From Geosiphon pyriformis uo1 (taxonomy: Eukaryota > Fungi > Glomeromycota): a stretch of DNA of 63,938 bases. The position numbers were made by a program, and so were the translations under genes. A model generated the notes under the pieces. The model made no database searches. It had not been told where the DNA came from and worked only from the letters and a program-made list of their open reading frames with translations. The stretch spans positions 62,001 through 125,938 of the forward strand of contig JAAOMT010000176.1 of the NCBI GenBank assembly GCA_016748015.1, read 5' to 3'. Position 1 is the first letter of the stretch. Every line of letters starts with the position of its first letter. Positions 61,649 to 63,938 of this stretch are shown in pieces.

Positions 61649-63938
61649 TGTTATGGTTTAAGAATTTAGCAAAAAGAATCATAAAAATAATACAAACTAT
61701 TCAATCATAATATAGCACAGTAATAATCTTAGAAAGGTAATGATTAACATAGTAGCAAACACCATCTCGCGATAGTAGCAAGCACCAGTTAACAATAGCA
61801 GCCAACACCAACTGGTGATAGCAGCAAGCACCAGGTTGAAATATCAAAAAGAAAGTATTTTCTCGTAGAACTACAAACATGTATATATACAGTAGTTTTA
61901 ATATTGGGAAAGAATCAATCAAGTAATAAAAATCATAACTTATCAAGCAATAGATCCAATTTTATCCAACAAACTCCACTTTAANNNNNNNNNNNNNNNN
62001 NNNNNNNNNNNNNNNNNNNNNNNNNNNNNNNNNNNNNNNNNNNNNNNNNNNNNCGCAAATGAATCACCATTCTTGCTTAGCAATGCAGCGGCTAATGAGC
62101 AAAAAGCCATCACTGCAATGTACAGANNNNNNNNNNNNNNNNNNNNNNNNNNNNNNNNNNNNNNNNNNNNNNNNNNNNNNNNNNNNNNNNNNNNNNNNNN
62201 NNNNNNNNNNNNNNNNNNNNNNNNNNNNNNNNNNNNNNNNNNNNNNNNNNNNNNNNNNNNNNNNNNNNNNNNNNNNNNNNNNNNNNNNNNNNNNNNNNNN
62301 NNNNNNNNNNNNNNNNNNNNNNNNNNTACATCGCAACAGTAAAAAGAAAGCCTTCAGTGTAACAGTGACACTATCACACAAATAGAATTGAGGAACTCAC
62401 GAAAGACTGATTGCAATTAAAGTGGGATATCAGCAATTAAATATAACAAGAAAACCATCCTGTAACATTTGGTGAACCCTACGAGGAAAGAAAATCAAAA
62501 AGGAAATAATAATTAGCAATAATTCATTGCTAAAAAGGAAAAGACAAAAGTGGCGACAAAAACCCCTAATCTTACTGTTCTTGAATTCTGCTATGCTATT
62601 TATACACAAAATCAGAGTGATCTTGGATTACCAGAAGGGTGTTGTCTAGCAGAATCTGCCCTCACTTATTATATTAATGCCAGAATAAATTATCATATAG
62701 GAAAGGAAGAAGAACCACACGATGCAAAACTTGGATTGTATAGAGAATTATCACAATACACTACAAAAGAAGTAGCAGTAATAGCCGCAACTATTGTTAA
62801 AATCCATCGAGAAATTGAGCAATACGCCAACGAAAATTTTCCAATATCCACAGGAAACACTAGGGAACGCGCCAACAAAACCAAAGAAAATTTAGAAACT
62901 AATCAGGAAAGTAACCAGCAAAAACTAGGAACACCAGCTCAAACGCCAAAGAAAACTGTCACTCAATCAATAAAGAAACAACGTATTTATTCACCAGAAG
63001 ATAANNNNNNNNNNNNNNNNNNNNACATAACTGGGGAGACATACCAATTACAGGAGGATATTCATCACTATTCCAAAACCCTCTTTTTCAGCCAAAATTT
63101 AGAATGGGGTTTGAAAACCGTGAAGAGGAGTCTGAATCAGAATCCGAAAAAGAGACCAGCGAAAAAACAATCACAAGACCAGTCACTGGAACAAGCAGCC
63201 AGTCCAGAAACCAAGAAACTCGTGATCAAGAGGAAAAACCGGATATAAGAGAAGCCACCTTTAGGAACGCTCAAGGAAATATCATCCCACCTCCTCTTAG
63301 ACCAATAAACCCACCAGCAGAAAACGGCAACGAAATGACCACACCATACATTGCAAGACTAACAGATTTCTCAGGAGAGAAAGAAGAAACGGACGTGCAC
63401 ACATGGCTCAGAGAAACACAAAAAGCCATCCAGGTAAATAACTGGAACGACCAAAGAGCAATTCAAACATTACCTTTCTTCCTGAAAGGCACAGCCGACT
63501 TGTGGTATCAAAGCCTGGAAACAAAACCCACGAGCTTCACCGAATTTAAAAATGCACTCCTGGAGTATTTTAGCGACCCAAACGCTGTAATCCAACTACA
63601 GAACGAATTCAATACTATCAAGCAAAATACCGGTGAAACTGTCACCCAATACCTTGCTCAATTCAATCGAATTCGTCGTCAGATTAAAGCGATTGAACAA
63701 GGATACTACACTGATCCTCAGGTTTTAAATCAGTTTATTAGAGGATTAAAAAGCAGCATTTTAGGAAGAGTATGCCCTGCCCACCCTAATTCCTTACCAG
63801 AAGCCGTTACGCTCGCCAGAGCCCTTGAATCGGCTGAGAAAGAAGCTAACCATAGTCAAATGGTTAACATGGTAATGGAGGAAAATAAGACAGAAACATT
63901 AGAGAAAAGAGTAACGCGATTAGGGGAGGAACTCTCTA
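61649..63938 (+). mobile_element. Ty3/Gypsy element E (third family): 5' LTR 61649-62467 (gapped), PBS TGGTGAACCCTACGAGG, gag running off the window
   Basis: TGTTA...TAACA boundaries; gag from GTG 62550; capsid MTTPYIARLTDFSG...NNWND..AIQTLPFFLKGTA...NQFIRGL. Confidence 0.87.

Noticed and set aside
62054-62126. Island between N-gaps duplicating about 60777-60847 (protease region of D)
   Set aside because: Near-identical 70-nt fragment flanked by gaps inside an LTR; most likely a scaffolding or gap-filling artefact.

Overview
Eukaryotic fungal genomic DNA with AT-rich, short-intron genes. Gene and TE content suggests Glomeromycota/Mucoromycota (inference). The left part (1-35.8 kb) is a housekeeping gene block: the 3' end of a PRP38B-type splicing factor, tRNA-Asp(GTC), SNM1/PSO2 (with a 10x39-bp coding minisatellite), AIM41, a TUG/UBX protein, a HAL/SAT4-type kinase, a Zn2Cys6 transcription factor, mitochondrial bL21, SIS1, a double-forkhead protein, a membrane RING-H2 ligase, PRI2 and PEF1. 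At about 20.3-21.1 kb, missed by the ORF track, lies a frameshifted IS607-type element with both serine-recombinase TnpA motifs and TnpB/Fanzor2 RNA-guided nuclease motifs. Two extremely AT-rich deserts (21.3-24.8 kb and 35.9-41.4 kb) look like hyper-deaminated TE fossils; the second contains a readable LINE ORF1-type zinc knuckle. The right part (41.4-63.9 kb) is a nested stack of five Ty3/Gypsy copies. Notable features are a GUG-started N-terminal Gag extension in all four gag genes, a Cys-rich domain and a dUTPase between protease and RT, an extra 3' ORF, a hairpin over the LTR end/PBS, and a tandem pair sharing one LTR. All calls come from reading the sequence by eye; no searches were run.
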